A stretch of 26,440 nucleotides of DNA. It comes from a virus. Its lineage: Duplodnaviria > Caudoviricetes. The stretch is from positions 1 to 26,440 of the IMG/VR virus record IMGVR_UViG_3300031519_000185; one strand, given 5' to 3'. Positions 7,802 through 16,729 of the stretch are shown piece by piece. Each line of letters starts with the position of its first letter. The stretch's first letter is position 1. Under the pieces are notes generated by a model. It ran no database searches. It was not told the DNA's origin and worked only from the letters and a program-made list of their open reading frames with translations. A program made the position numbers and the translations under genes.

Positions 7802-10401
7802 TAGAATCTACTCCTTTGTCCGCTTTCTAACATTGCATCACTAATTACACTTTGAATGACACCTTGCCTGCTTATTAATAATTCATCAAATGATGCTGTG
7901 TCAACAGCGTTGATTGTAAAGTTAACCTCTACCGCTCGTCCTCCACCTACATCACTGTTTCTTGTAATACTTCCTGAGTTTGTTGGTGTAAACATTTCAG
8001 GTCCATTCTCACCAACAATATAACTTTGATTGCTTGTAACAGGTCCACCAAGTGATCTACCTGAATATCTTTGACTTTTAATTGCACTTACTTGTGCCAT
8101 ACCAGCCGCAAGTGCGCCTGCTACATATATGAACGATATAGGTGGTCCTGGAGGAAATGCTATTGCCATTGCCGCCGCTTGGTATGTTGAAATCAATGCT
8201 TGTGCAATACTCAATGCCTTGTGTGCTTCAAATGCTTCTTTTGACTGTCCAGCCATTTGACCCAACACATTATTCATTGCTGATAGTGCGCCTTGTGCGC
8301 CTACTACACCACCCTGTTGAATCATAGCAACAGCATCCATCTGTGATGTTACAGCATCAACTATTGATTGGTTAGTAACACCATTCAACTTCATTTGTTC
8401 TTGAGCATCTTTTTTGCGTAGATCCAGCATCTTTTCGCTGTGTTCTACATTTAGTTTGGCTTTGGTGCGTAGATATTCTTCTTCGTTAATTAAGTCTCTA
8501 TCACGTAAACGATCTAAGCCTTTTAATTCTTTTGCATATTGTTGGTTTACGCCTTCTAAAGGATTGGCTCTGCCAAATGCACTTGCGCCTGCATTTACTT
8601 CTTCTGCGGCTGTGCTTTGACGTCTAAATTCTACAAGTGCTTTTTCTAAATGTAATTTTTCTTGTATTTTAGCAATTTCTAATTCTCTTGCAAGAATTAC
8701 TTTACGGAATGCCGCCGCTTCACCGTCTTTGAGATTTACATTTTTCTCAATAAAGTCTTGTTCTGCTTTGAGACTTGCTAGGTGTGCTTTTCTAACACTT
8801 TCAGTTTCATTTAATAAACTAATTTCTAAATTAAGTGCGGCCGCTGTGTTTGATAATGCTGTTTCTTGTGTTTTTTGATATTCTTTTAATTTTGATATTC
8901 TTGCTTCTTCAATTTGAAGACCTTTGAGTTTCATATCATTAAGCGCCTCTGTAGCCGCTTCTTCTTGACTCATTTGAACATTGTTTTTCTTGCTTAGTTC
9001 AAGTAGTTCTTCTGTGCGTCTTGCTAGTTCTGCACGATAATCAGTTAGACTGCCTGTAACACCAAGCATATCACCCATTATATTTTTGCCTGTCTCAAGT
9101 GCGTCACTTAGACTGTCAATGCCTGTTACTGATTCAAATGCTTCTGCACCTAAACCTGTAATTTCATTTGTAACTTCTGATATCTTGTCCATTGCTGTGC
9201 CAGCAAAGTCATCAATTGATTGTTTCATTGATGTGCCAAACACCCAATCCCAAGCCGCCGCAAGTCCATATGCCGCCGCGGCAACGGCTCCTGTTACTAA
9301 TACAATTTTACCAAAGGCAAGTGCAAGAGCACCAAGTGCTCCTCTAATAAGTGTTCTTACTAAGAATACTGCTAGACCTTTAAAGGCTTTGAGTAGACCC
9401 ATTACAGCAACAACGGTTGTTGTAATAATCATTTTGCCTAGATTGAACATAAACTTAACAATACCAATACCAATCAATGCTGAAACAGCAATTAGAACCT
9501 TGTCAAAGTTTTCAAACAACAAGAACAATGCATCACCTGCAAGTAGAGTTGCTTGTGTAAGTCCCCTTGATATTGATTCTGTTAGTTGTGTATTTGTGTC
9601 AAGTGCGGTGCTCATTCTATCTGCTAGTTGCCCAACAGCCGCTCCAAAGCCAGCGTCACCAATATTTCTTTGTGCTCGTGTAACTGAGTCACTCATTCTA
9701 CTGAGAGCACCAGTTAGTGTGGTTGCTTGTGCTTCAGCCGCTCCAAAATACTTGCCGCCTTTTTCACCCAGGTCTTCAATTAAACTAATTAATTCTTGTC
9801 CTGAGTTTGCAACGCCTAGTATTTGATCGCCTAGTAATACAGTGGTTCTTCCGTTTTCACTTCTTACTTTAACACCAAATTCTTTTAGACGTTCATATTC
9901 ACCAGTGAGTGCATCACCAAGTGCTTCTGCCAATTGACTCATATTTTTATTATTGGCACTTGCAATGTTTGCAAATGCTGTCATACTGGCATTGGCTGTG
10001 CTTATACCATATCTGTTGAGAACAACAAATCCATTGGTTAAATCTTGTAGTGTTTGAGGAAGACCTTTTGCAAGTTGTTCCATTCTTGCCAACTCAGCAT
10101 TGGCTCTTTGTTGTGAGCCTAGGTATGCTGTAAGTTGTGCTCTAAAGCCTTCAAAGGTTGTGGTTGCTTGTATGATACCTCTAATGCCGCTTGTGGCCGC
10201 AAAGCCTACAAATGCCGCACCAGCAAGTTTCAATGCTGAGGATACTCTACCAGCCGCACCTTCAATTTGAGTTAAACTTTTGCGTGCCCCTTTACCATTA
10301 CGGTCAAGAGTTCGCATACTTCTATTAACTTGTGTTAGTGTGCGGTTAAGGTGACTTGCGTCGCCTTTAAACCTAATGTAAATATCCTGTGCCACGGTCA
10401 C
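7801..10401 (-). CDS. Tail tape measure protein
   Basis: 866 aa, helical and Ala-rich with hydrophobic segments; C-terminal GGPV...YIVGENGPEMFTP motif; GTG start overlaps the TGA of the frameshifted chaperone. Confidence 0.92.
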   Translation of the reverse strand: MTVAQDIYIRFKGDASHLNRTLTQVNRSMRTLDRNGKGARKSLTQIEGAAGRVSSALKLAGAAFVGFAATSGIRGIIQATTTFEGFRAQLTAYLGSQQRANAELARMEQLAKGLPQTLQDLTNGFVVLNRYGISTANASMTAFANIASANNKNMSQLAEALGDALTGEYERLKEFGVKVRSENGRTTVLLGDQILGVANSGQELISLIEDLGEKGGKYFGAAEAQATTLTGALSRMSDSVTRAQRNIGDAGFGAAVGQLADRMSTALDTNTQLTESISRGLTQATLLAGDALFLLFENFDKVLIAVSALIGIGIVKFMFNLGKMIITTTVVAVMGLLKAFKGLAVFLVRTLIRGALGALALAFGKIVLVTGAVAAAAYGLAAAWDWVFGTSMKQSIDDFAGTAMDKISEVTNEITGLGAEAFESVTGIDSLSDALETGKNIMGDMLGVTGSLTDYRAELARRTEELLELSKKNNVQMSQEEAATEALNDMKLKGLQIEEARISKLKEYQKTQETALSNTAAALNLEISLLNETESVRKAHLASLKAEQDFIEKNVNLKDGEAAAFRKVILARELEIAKIQEKLHLEKALVEFRRQSTAAEEVNAGASAFGRANPLEGVNQQYAKELKGLDRLRDRDLINEEEYLRTKAKLNVEHSEKMLDLRKKDAQEQMKLNGVTNQSIVDAVTSQMDAVAMIQQGGVVGAQGALSAMNNVLGQMAGQSKEAFEAHKALSIAQALISTYQAAAMAIAFPPGPPISFIYVAGALAAGMAQVSAIKSQRYSGRSLGGPVTSNQSYIVGENGPEMFTPTNSGSITRNSDVGGGRAVEVNFTINAVDTASFDELLISRQGVIQSVISDAMLESGQRSRF

Positions 10402-10939
10402 CGTCCCCTTTTATTTTTAGAATTCTGCATTGCTTTCTTATTTTCTTCTGCTTCCATTTTATAGAAAGCCGCCCAGCCTGCAAATTCTGCTGTTGTCATT
10501 TCAAACACCGTCGTTACGGGGAGACCCAAATCCTTCGCTAATCTAAAAGCGAAAACTAGATCTGGATCTCCTCTAAGTTTTTTTCTGCAATCTCCATATT
10601 TGAATCTGCATTGGCACTATTGATTTCCCCAGTGACTCTAATAACCACGTTGGGATCTGCTTCATTCATCAGTGTGACTTTATCCGCAGGTCTAAAGATC
10701 TTGTTTCCATCCTTATCACGTGCTTTTGTGATTAGTGTTTCTACAAGTGCTTCAATTGTTTTGCCTTGTTGGGCAAGACTTAACATTTTTGATTCTTCTG
10801 TTAATGTGTTTACTTCTTTAAAGTAAATTTCCATATCCCATTCAGGAACTTGGATAGATTTCATCTGTCCTGTAATTTTATTTCTAAAATGTCCAGTGAT
10901 TTTTTCTATTGGTCTTACGGTTTGATTTGTTCCGTCCAT
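10398..10939 (-). CDS. Tail assembly chaperone, long (GT-like) form via -1 frameshift, about 180 aa
   Basis: Slippery A AAA AAC at 10583-10577; the -1 frame reads LRGDPDLVFAFRLAKDLGLPVTTVFEMTTAEFAGWAAFYKMEAEENKKAMQNSKNKRGR and stops at 10398. Not in the ORF track. Confidence 0.85.
10556..10939 (-). CDS. Tail assembly chaperone, short (G-like) form
   Basis: Between the tail tube and tape measure genes; VPEW and ARDKDGNKIF motifs; SD AGGAG. Confidence 0.85.
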   Translation of the reverse strand: MDGTNQTVRPIEKITGHFRNKITGQMKSIQVPEWDMEIYFKEVNTLTEESKMLSLAQQGKTIEALVETLITKARDKDGNKIFRPADKVTLMNEADPNVVIRVTGEINSANADSNMEIAEKNLEEIQI

Positions 10940-10941
10940 AT

Positions 10942-11235
10942 CTATTTTCTCCTTCTAGATGTAGCCCTAAGGGTTTGCTTAGTGAAACCCCTTGGTGCTT
11001 GTTTACTTGAACCTTGCTCCAAACGCTCTATATAAGGCACACGGTTTTCAACTTCAAAACCTGTGCTGTCGCTACTAGTTTTCTTCCAGTTGCGTCTAGC
11101 GTTTCCACTTCGCTTTGGTGTTTTTGTCACCACAGTTTTATGGATTAAGTCAGCGTGGCTGTCTATGGTTGCCGCAATCTCTTGGGATGCCGCCTCCATA
11201 AACTGTTTGATACCTGTAATATCAACTCGTGCCAT
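10942..11235 (-). CDS. HK97 gp10-like tail completion/neck protein
   Basis: TPKRSGNARRNW and NRVPYIERLEQGSSKQAPRGF motifs. Confidence 0.8.
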   Translation of the reverse strand: MARVDITGIKQFMEAASQEIAATIDSHADLIHKTVVTKTPKRSGNARRNWKKTSSDSTGFEVENRVPYIERLEQGSSKQAPRGFTKQTLRATSRRRK

Positions 11236-11244
11236 TCTAAATTC

Positions 11245-11652
11245 TTACGATGTTGCGTATGTTAATGGGCCTGAGCCTTGGAAACTTACACTTGCTTCAA
11301 TCATACCGTCCATTTGTGCGGTGATTGAATAGCCAGTTACAAGAATGTTGCCACTCCAGTTTGCTCCAGTGCCTTCAGGATATACAACAAGTGCTGTTGG
11401 TGCTGAACCTACTGCACCTTGAATTAAGCCGTCTAAGTCTGGATTAGTTGATGCGTCAAAATGCGTTGCATCCCAATATACATCTGCTGATCCTGAAAAA
11501 GCGTGTAGCCCTTTGATATACTGACGACTTGCATCGCCCATTGCTGTTGTTTCAATTGTGTCTGAAGTGATTTCTATTGAATAACTTCTTACTTCTGCCA
11601 CCGCTTGTGAATTCACGTTGATGACTCCTGCGTTACCTACTAAAGATGCCAT
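11245..11652 (-). CDS. Major tail tube protein
   Basis: IETTAMGD...YIKGL..FSGS and IEASVSFQGSG motifs; SD AGGAG; 135 aa. Confidence 0.85.
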   Translation of the reverse strand: MASLVGNAGVINVNSQAVAEVRSYSIEITSDTIETTAMGDASRQYIKGLHAFSGSADVYWDATHFDASTNPDLDGLIQGAVGSAPTALVVYPEGTGANWSGNILVTGYSITAQMDGMIEASVSFQGSGPLTYATS

Positions 11653-11654
11653 AA

Positions 11655-11870
11655 TTAATATTCTCCTTTGTTATCTTCATTTGTTGTTAGTGTTGTTACT
11701 GCCTCTTCTGAAGAAGATTCTTTTTCTTCGTCAACGGCGGGTTTTTTTGTTACCGTAGTTTTTACTGGCTTTAGTTTGACTTTTTCGTCTCCACTCCAAC
11801 CTTGTAATTCGTAATAATCAAGTCTTGATTCATCAATAAATTTGACTATTCCATTCTTTGTTATCTTCAT
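11655..11870 (-). CDS. Small hypothetical protein
   Basis: SD AGGAG; fills the gap between neighbours; low-complexity C-terminus. Confidence 0.65.
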   Translation of the reverse strand: MKITKNGIVKFIDESRLDYYELQGWSGDEKVKLKPVKTTVTKKPAVDEEKESSSEEAVTTLTTNEDNKGEY

Positions 11871-11909
11871 TTTAGTTCTCCTTTAAACCTAGCCCTCACG
11901 CTCTGGCTC

Positions 11910-12347
11910 TTAGTTGTTTTTCATCACATAGTTATATGTAACATCAAAATTCATTACAAATTCAGCCAGTGGCGCTTGACGTTCTATAATGTCAATGCTC
12001 ACAACGGTTGAGTCCATTACGACTGAACGTGTTTTGTCTCTGTATCTATCGCCATCAAGAATCTCATCAATGGCTTCAATTAAGTCATTGCGTTTTGAAT
12101 CTAATTCATTGCCTCTTACGAAACAACGGATTTGATAACGAATCACACCTTGTTTTCTGCCACTAGCAGAACCCATAGTGAGTAATTCTCTATCTTCAGT
12201 TGTTGTTTGGACTACGATGGCGGGGAATTGTGTAATTGCCAACTCTTCTACATTGAAGGGTTGACGAGTAATTAGAACAGGTTGAGGTGAACTAATTTCT
12301 GCTAGGGTTTCAACTATATTGTTGGCTAAGTCTTCTCTAATGCTCAT
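11910..12347 (-). CDS. Tail terminator / head-tail joining protein
   Basis: MSIREDLANNI start, FPAIVV and terminal VTYNY motifs; located before the tail tube gene. Confidence 0.7.
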   Translation of the reverse strand: MSIREDLANNIVETLAEISSPQPVLITRQPFNVEELAITQFPAIVVQTTTEDRELLTMGSASGRKQGVIRYQIRCFVRGNELDSKRNDLIEAIDEILDGDRYRDKTRSVVMDSTVVSIDIIERQAPLAEFVMNFDVTYNYVMKNN

Positions 12348-12356
12348 AAGTCAACT

Positions 12357-12803
12357 CTATCTTCGCAATCTTAAAAACACGTCTGGAGTTTTTTCAACGT
12401 CTTGGAATACATTGTCGTCGTTTGCATCATAGCGAACGCCTTGACGTAAACACAAGTCAAATTCATCTTCAAACCTACCACGATAATAATCCATCATTTC
12501 TCTAAAACGATCTGATTCAGCCTCAAACTTTGTAAGTTTAGGGCAAATGTGATATGCTAGTGCGTGAAATACTGTTGCTTTGGTCCATTGTGTTGGATCC
12601 AACTTTGTTTCATCCATTAAGACGGCTAAGTTGGAATAGCGAATGTCAGTGCGTCCCTTGTTGTAACTTGGGAACCATCTAACTGATAAGAGTCTGTTGA
12701 TTTCTTGTTCTGATCTTGCAAGTTCTGCGTCAAACTCCAGCACACCATATTCTGTAATGTGTGGGTCAACATCTAGCAAGTCTTGAATAGTTGCGTATGC
12801 CAT
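12357..12803 (-). CDS. Head-tail adaptor
   Basis: First gene after the capsid gene; MAYAT..DL start typical of adaptors; helical; 148 aa. Confidence 0.75.
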   Translation of the reverse strand: MAYATIQDLLDVDPHITEYGVLEFDAELARSEQEINRLLSVRWFPSYNKGRTDIRYSNLAVLMDETKLDPTQWTKATVFHALAYHICPKLTKFEAESDRFREMMDYYRGRFEDEFDLCLRQGVRYDANDDNVFQDVEKTPDVFLRLRR

Positions 12804-12852
12804 ACGAAGTCCTTCCCCGTGATTTATATAGTTGAAACAGTCCTTCTGTCTC
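12804..12852 (-). promoter_or_regulatory. Tandem hairpins with identical AAGGA loops in the adaptor-gene 5' UTR
   Basis: GAGACAG-AAGGA-CTGTTTC (12852-12834) and ACGGGG-AAGGA-CTTCGT (12820-12804); the second abuts the ATG. Confidence 0.65.
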
Positions 12853-12860
12853 TTATATTG

Positions 12861-12878
12861 TATTTAGCGAATTCGCTA
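12861..12878 (-). promoter_or_regulatory. TAAATA box overlapped by a 14-bp palindrome
   Basis: TAAATA at 12866-12861; TAGCGAATTCGCTA at 12865-12878; just downstream of the capsid terminator. Confidence 0.55.
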
Positions 12879-12899
12879 GATACCAGTTTAATAAGTGCC

Positions 12900-12927
12900 A
12901 AAAAGGGGGAATGTTTCCAAACCCCCT
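12900..12927 (-). terminator. Intrinsic terminator after the major capsid gene
   Basis: Minus strand AGGGGG-TTTGGAAACATT-CCCCCT running into T5. Confidence 0.75.
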
Positions 12928-12961
12928 CCTTGACGTATTAACAATTAAGTTGCCCTAATTA

Positions 12962-13819
12962 TTAGTCAGTTGCTGATCCTACAATCTTAACACCGTGAGT
13001 GTTTTGTAAAATGGCTTCGCCTTTTACAACACTAATCATAATGTCAGTTGCACGAGCCGCCGCTTGACGTTGCTCTTCCATTGTAACTCCGCCACGAATA
13101 GCGTGTCCAATAGCACTTGGAGCAAATACAGCGCCAACCATATTCAGTTCTGCGTCAGCATCTGTATCTAGGTCTGATTTAACAAGACTTGATTCATATA
13201 CTGTGCAACCTGCTAGTGTGCCAATGTAGTAGCCACGAAGTGCTTCATTACCCACAGCGTTTGCTGTAAGTGCTGTAGTTCCACCTGTGCCTGCTAGTTC
13301 TTTCTTCAACTGTAGTGCTTGACGTGGGCCAAGAACACAACTCAACGGACCAATAACTTTATTGCCACGTAGAGTAGCAACAGCGTCAAGAATATGATCA
13401 ACTGTGATCACACCATCTTCTGTTCCTACAGAGTTAGTGAATGAACTAAACAATGCAAATGCATCTGCGTCCATTTTTTCAGCAATCGCTCTACCTGCTT
13501 GTGAACCTAAGTCCGCAATCACGTCGCGTTGTGCTGAGTCACGTAACATATCTGTTACTTGGAAGTATGTTCCAACTTCTGCTAAAGCAAGAGCAACACT
13601 TGTAGTGTTAGTGTCTGCCGCTGATGGCGCTGTGCCTTCAGTTAGTGCTGTTGCTGTTACACCAGAATAAACTGGGATTTGTAAACTTTTACCTGCGTTT
13701 GATGGGAAGTTGAACGGTGTTACGATTTGACGAGCAATTGAATTCTCATACATCGCAAACTGTGCTTCAGCCAACAGATTGGTAAAGAGTTCACTATTGA
13801 TAGTAGTATTATTAGCCAT
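12962..13819 (-). CDS. Major capsid protein (HK97 fold, scaffold-dependent type)
   Basis: 285 aa after the scaffold gene; GKSLQIP, LTEG, GRAIAEKMD and GTLAGCTVYES motifs; strong SD; terminator downstream. Confidence 0.9.
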   Translation of the reverse strand: MANNTTINSELFTNLLAEAQFAMYENSIARQIVTPFNFPSNAGKSLQIPVYSGVTATALTEGTAPSAADTNTTSVALALAEVGTYFQVTDMLRDSAQRDVIADLGSQAGRAIAEKMDADAFALFSSFTNSVGTEDGVITVDHILDAVATLRGNKVIGPLSCVLGPRQALQLKKELAGTGGTTALTANAVGNEALRGYYIGTLAGCTVYESSLVKSDLDTDADAELNMVGAVFAPSAIGHAIRGGVTMEEQRQAAARATDIMISVVKGEAILQNTHGVKIVGSATD

Positions 13820-13842
13820 TATAGTTCTCCTTATATTTTAGG

Positions 13843-14529
13843 CTATGCAGACTGTTTTCTAAGTTCTGCATATATTTTTCTATGTTCTGGATTTGACATA
13901 TCCAATTTGCTAACATCAACATTCTTAGTTTCATTCATTACAGAACTTTGTGTGTTGGCTGTGCTTGGAGTAGGATTTACAAAATGTGGATTTGTGTCAA
14001 GAAATTCTTTTACCAAATCATCAACGCCCATTGCTGAACCGTTGTCTGTATATCTTACTGTTCCATCAGCGCCTACTACTTCAACTTCCCCTTCTGAGCC
14101 TAATCGTAAATTGCCTTTCAGCAACGATGTGACTTGTCCTGGGTTGATTGAACGGTATTTTGCCGCCGCATTAACCAAAGGTGTATCCACCCTATATTCT
14201 CTAATGACTTGATCTCGTTTTGCGATCTCAGCGTCTTTTTTTGAAGCCATATCACTTAGGACCTTTTCAAACTCACCCTTTTTCATTGCTTCTTCAGTCT
14301 GCTTTTGTTCAGCCTGTGTCTTCAATTGTTTGAGTTCTTCAATGTCTCCAAGTTCTTGATAAGGACGAATTGCTTTATTCGTAACTGCGTGTTTCATTTT
14401 CGCCATAGCGTCATCAAACTCAGTTTGCGAATACATTCTTCCTTGTGCTTCTGTCTCTGTTGCCTGACTGTCTTGGTTTGCGTGAGCGTCAGTATTCTCT
14501 ATTGCTTCCGTGGTTGTTGTTGTGTCCAT
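13843..14529 (-). CDS. Capsid scaffolding protein
   Basis: Acidic N-terminus, YSQTEFD motif, coiled coil with KKGEFEK, FLDTNPHFV; SD AGGAGG. Confidence 0.85.
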   Translation of the reverse strand: MDTTTTTEAIENTDAHANQDSQATETEAQGRMYSQTEFDDAMAKMKHAVTNKAIRPYQELGDIEELKQLKTQAEQKQTEEAMKKGEFEKVLSDMASKKDAEIAKRDQVIREYRVDTPLVNAAAKYRSINPGQVTSLLKGNLRLGSEGEVEVVGADGTVRYTDNGSAMGVDDLVKEFLDTNPHFVNPTPSTANTQSSVMNETKNVDVSKLDMSNPEHRKIYAELRKQSA

Positions 14530-14560
14530 CGTTACACTACCTCCTTAGAGTAATTTGTTG

Positions 14561-14580
14561 TAAACTTATTTATCACCATT
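14561..14580 (-). promoter_or_regulatory. Extended TAAATA promoter motif for scaffold/capsid genes
   Basis: AATGGTGATAAATAAGTTTA, 19/20 identical to 24104-24123 on the plus strand. Confidence 0.7.
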
Positions 14581-14608
14581 TCTAATATAGCGGTGTTAAA
14601 TGGTTGGT

Positions 14609-14662
14609 TTACTTACGATTGCCTCGTTTTTTTGATTTCTTCTTTGTTTTCTTCATAGCCAT
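14609..14662 (-). CDS. 17-aa Lys/Arg-rich micropeptide MAMKKTKKKSKKRGNRK
   Basis: AGGAGG 8 nt before the ATG; starts 4 nt after the upstream stop; below the ORF-track size cutoff. Confidence 0.6.
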   Translation of the reverse strand: MAMKKTKKKSKKRGNRK

Positions 14663-14666
14663 AGTT

Positions 14667-14933
14667 TTAGCCTCCTTTCTTAGCGCCAAGTGCCGCACCT
14701 GCGGCAAGTGCTCCTAATACTTTAGAACTTATCAAACTCTTTGGTTTTGCAACCTTAGGTGCTGTAATAGCATATTGATAAGTGTTCATACCCTCATTAA
14801 ATGATTGGCTGTGCGGTGATGGTGTTGCTCCACCGCTTGATGCATAACTGTGCCCTGCTTTATGCCCTCCGCATCCAGCCGTTTTACAGTTATATCCTTT
14901 ATAGGTTGGTTGTAGTGTTGCTTTCTTCGCCAT
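14667..14933 (-). CDS. Small basic hypothetical protein with Cys/His motif
   Basis: CKTAGCGGHKAGH...SQSFNEG motif; SD GAGG; Ala-rich C-terminus. Confidence 0.65.
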   Translation of the reverse strand: MAKKATLQPTYKGYNCKTAGCGGHKAGHSYASSGGATPSPHSQSFNEGMNTYQYAITAPKVAKPKSLISSKVLGALAAGAALGAKKGG

Positions 14934-15237
14934 ATCTAGGATCCTCTAATTGTTGTTTAAATTCTGTAACGTCATCAAATTCATTATATTGCTTTTGTAG
15001 TTCTTGACGCATCCAATATGTTAGTCTATGTAGTGCTAACAGATGTCTTCTGCATCTCTTTCTTGCTGTCATATTCAAACGGTTTTTCCATTTAGGATAA
15101 TCCTTTTGATATCCTTCAAAGTGATACTTGATCAGCGTTTCTGCTAGATCAGTATCAAATGGTTGATAATACAACCAAGGCTGATTCAATGGCGTTAGTT
15201 GTTTGCCAGGTTTCTTAGTTGCTTGGCTGTGACGCAT
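14899..15237 (-). CDS. Hypothetical basic helical protein (possibly Hc1-like)
   Basis: N.TARKRCRRHL..L.RL...MRQEL resembles the histone H1-like Hc1 pattern; overlaps both neighbours. Confidence 0.55.
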   Translation of the reverse strand: MRHSQATKKPGKQLTPLNQPWLYYQPFDTDLAETLIKYHFEGYQKDYPKWKNRLNMTARKRCRRHLLALHRLTYWMRQELQKQYNEFDDVTEFKQQLEDPRYGEESNTTTNL

Positions 15238-16726
15238 TGGCTAACCTTTGTGTAAGAATAGTTAAAAACTCTGGATGTAGTTCAACGATTTGTTCCATTG
15301 TGTAGCCTTGTTGAACCATCTCAGCAATGTGTGCATCAAATGTAGCGGTTGTAAGACTTGAATGTTCCATTTCAGCATTTCTCTTAATGCGGCTTTTCAT
15401 ACGTTCAACATCATCATATATAAACTCTTCTTCATCATCCAACAGCATCTTAACACGGAAGTCCAGTAGTGCTTTTACACTTGGATCTGCAGGTGCTGTT
15501 CTTGCCGCCATTTCTAACAAGCCCATATCTGAGTGTTTGTCTTGTATGTTGAAACTGTCTGGATAGTCAATTGATCCGTCCCAAGTTTTACCTTGATAGA
15601 CAGCAAACAGTCTCCACATCTGCTCTTCAGCAAGTTCTAGGTTGTCTGCTTTTTCTGATAGTTTTGAATTAAGTTGTTCAAATTCCATTTGTCTTGACAC
15701 ACCACTCATTGATGAAGTTTTGTTTTCACGCATTGCTCCTAGGTGTGCAATTCTATCAATAGCATCTACTTTGGCTGTTACACTTTTGTATAGGCTTTCT
15801 AAACTTTCACCACTTGGTTGTAACAAATATGGCTTCAAGCCTGGATCCATATTCTCATCCATTTGAATGATTGCACCAGCACCAGCACCTGCTTCTGTTG
15901 TAGAAACTTTAACTAGGCTTGGGTGGTTTTGTAGTCTAATCAACTGTTCAATTTCAGAGTATTCATTGTATATTGCACGATTCAAATCTGCAATGTCACC
16001 AATCTCTGAAATACCAACACCTCTAATAGGTGAACGATTTGAGTAAACACATATCGCAGGAATCATTCCAAGTTCATTAACTTCATTAAATTGCTTACGA
16101 ACTTCTTTTTTCTCATCATCTAATACAGTTGTATAAATGTCATCTGCTGTCCACTCTTTGATAACAATCTCACCACCAGCCATATCTTCAACATACTTCA
16201 AGTAACTTAAAACATAGTAGCCTGACTGTGAACGTTCATAACGCCAGTCAAGAACTGAAAGAGGAGTTAGCACACTTGCATAAGGACGGACTTCTTGCAT
16301 TAACTCTTCTGCTCTGGTTCTTGCGTTTGTTTTAGGCTTTGTAAGTATTACCCAAGTATGTCCAAACACACTTGAATATGTTGACACGTCTTTCATAAAC
16401 GCATCTAAACTTCTACCTTCTAGATCTGCATCATTTAAGAATGGTTCAAGACTTGGATCATTTTTTAAACTTGCATAATCTCTGTATGCAGGTTGTCTAA
16501 ACAAGAACGAGTTGAAGATTGAAATCACACCCTTACAGTGGTTATCAAGTGGCGTTGTGTAGAGCCTTTCTTGGTATTCAACTTCTGTTTCCATTTGGTA
16601 TCGTGTCAAGTATTCGCCGTTGCGATATACGTCACTTCCCATATAACTAGCGAGTAAAAATTTCCATCGCTTGTGGTGTTTTTCATAAGCATCATTTGTG
16701 CTAGTGAGTCTATTGTAGTCCGTCAT
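15215..16726 (-). CDS. Portal protein (SPP1 gp6-like)
   Basis: 503 aa after terL; DADLEGRSLD, LGMIP, HPSLV, SGVSRQMEF and IDYPDSF motifs. Confidence 0.9.
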   Translation of the reverse strand: MTDYNRLTSTNDAYEKHHKRWKFLLASYMGSDVYRNGEYLTRYQMETEVEYQERLYTTPLDNHCKGVISIFNSFLFRQPAYRDYASLKNDPSLEPFLNDADLEGRSLDAFMKDVSTYSSVFGHTWVILTKPKTNARTRAEELMQEVRPYASVLTPLSVLDWRYERSQSGYYVLSYLKYVEDMAGGEIVIKEWTADDIYTTVLDDEKKEVRKQFNEVNELGMIPAICVYSNRSPIRGVGISEIGDIADLNRAIYNEYSEIEQLIRLQNHPSLVKVSTTEAGAGAGAIIQMDENMDPGLKPYLLQPSGESLESLYKSVTAKVDAIDRIAHLGAMRENKTSSMSGVSRQMEFEQLNSKLSEKADNLELAEEQMWRLFAVYQGKTWDGSIDYPDSFNIQDKHSDMGLLEMAARTAPADPSVKALLDFRVKMLLDDEEEFIYDDVERMKSRIKRNAEMEHSSLTTATFDAHIAEMVQQGYTMEQIVELHPEFLTILTQRLANASQPSN

Positions 16727-16729
16727 TTG

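Noticed and set aside
9086-9826. 246-aa plus-strand ORF
   Set aside because: Wholly antisense to the tape measure gene, with low-complexity Ser/Ala/Pro content expected from codon mirroring and no RBS or promoter seen.
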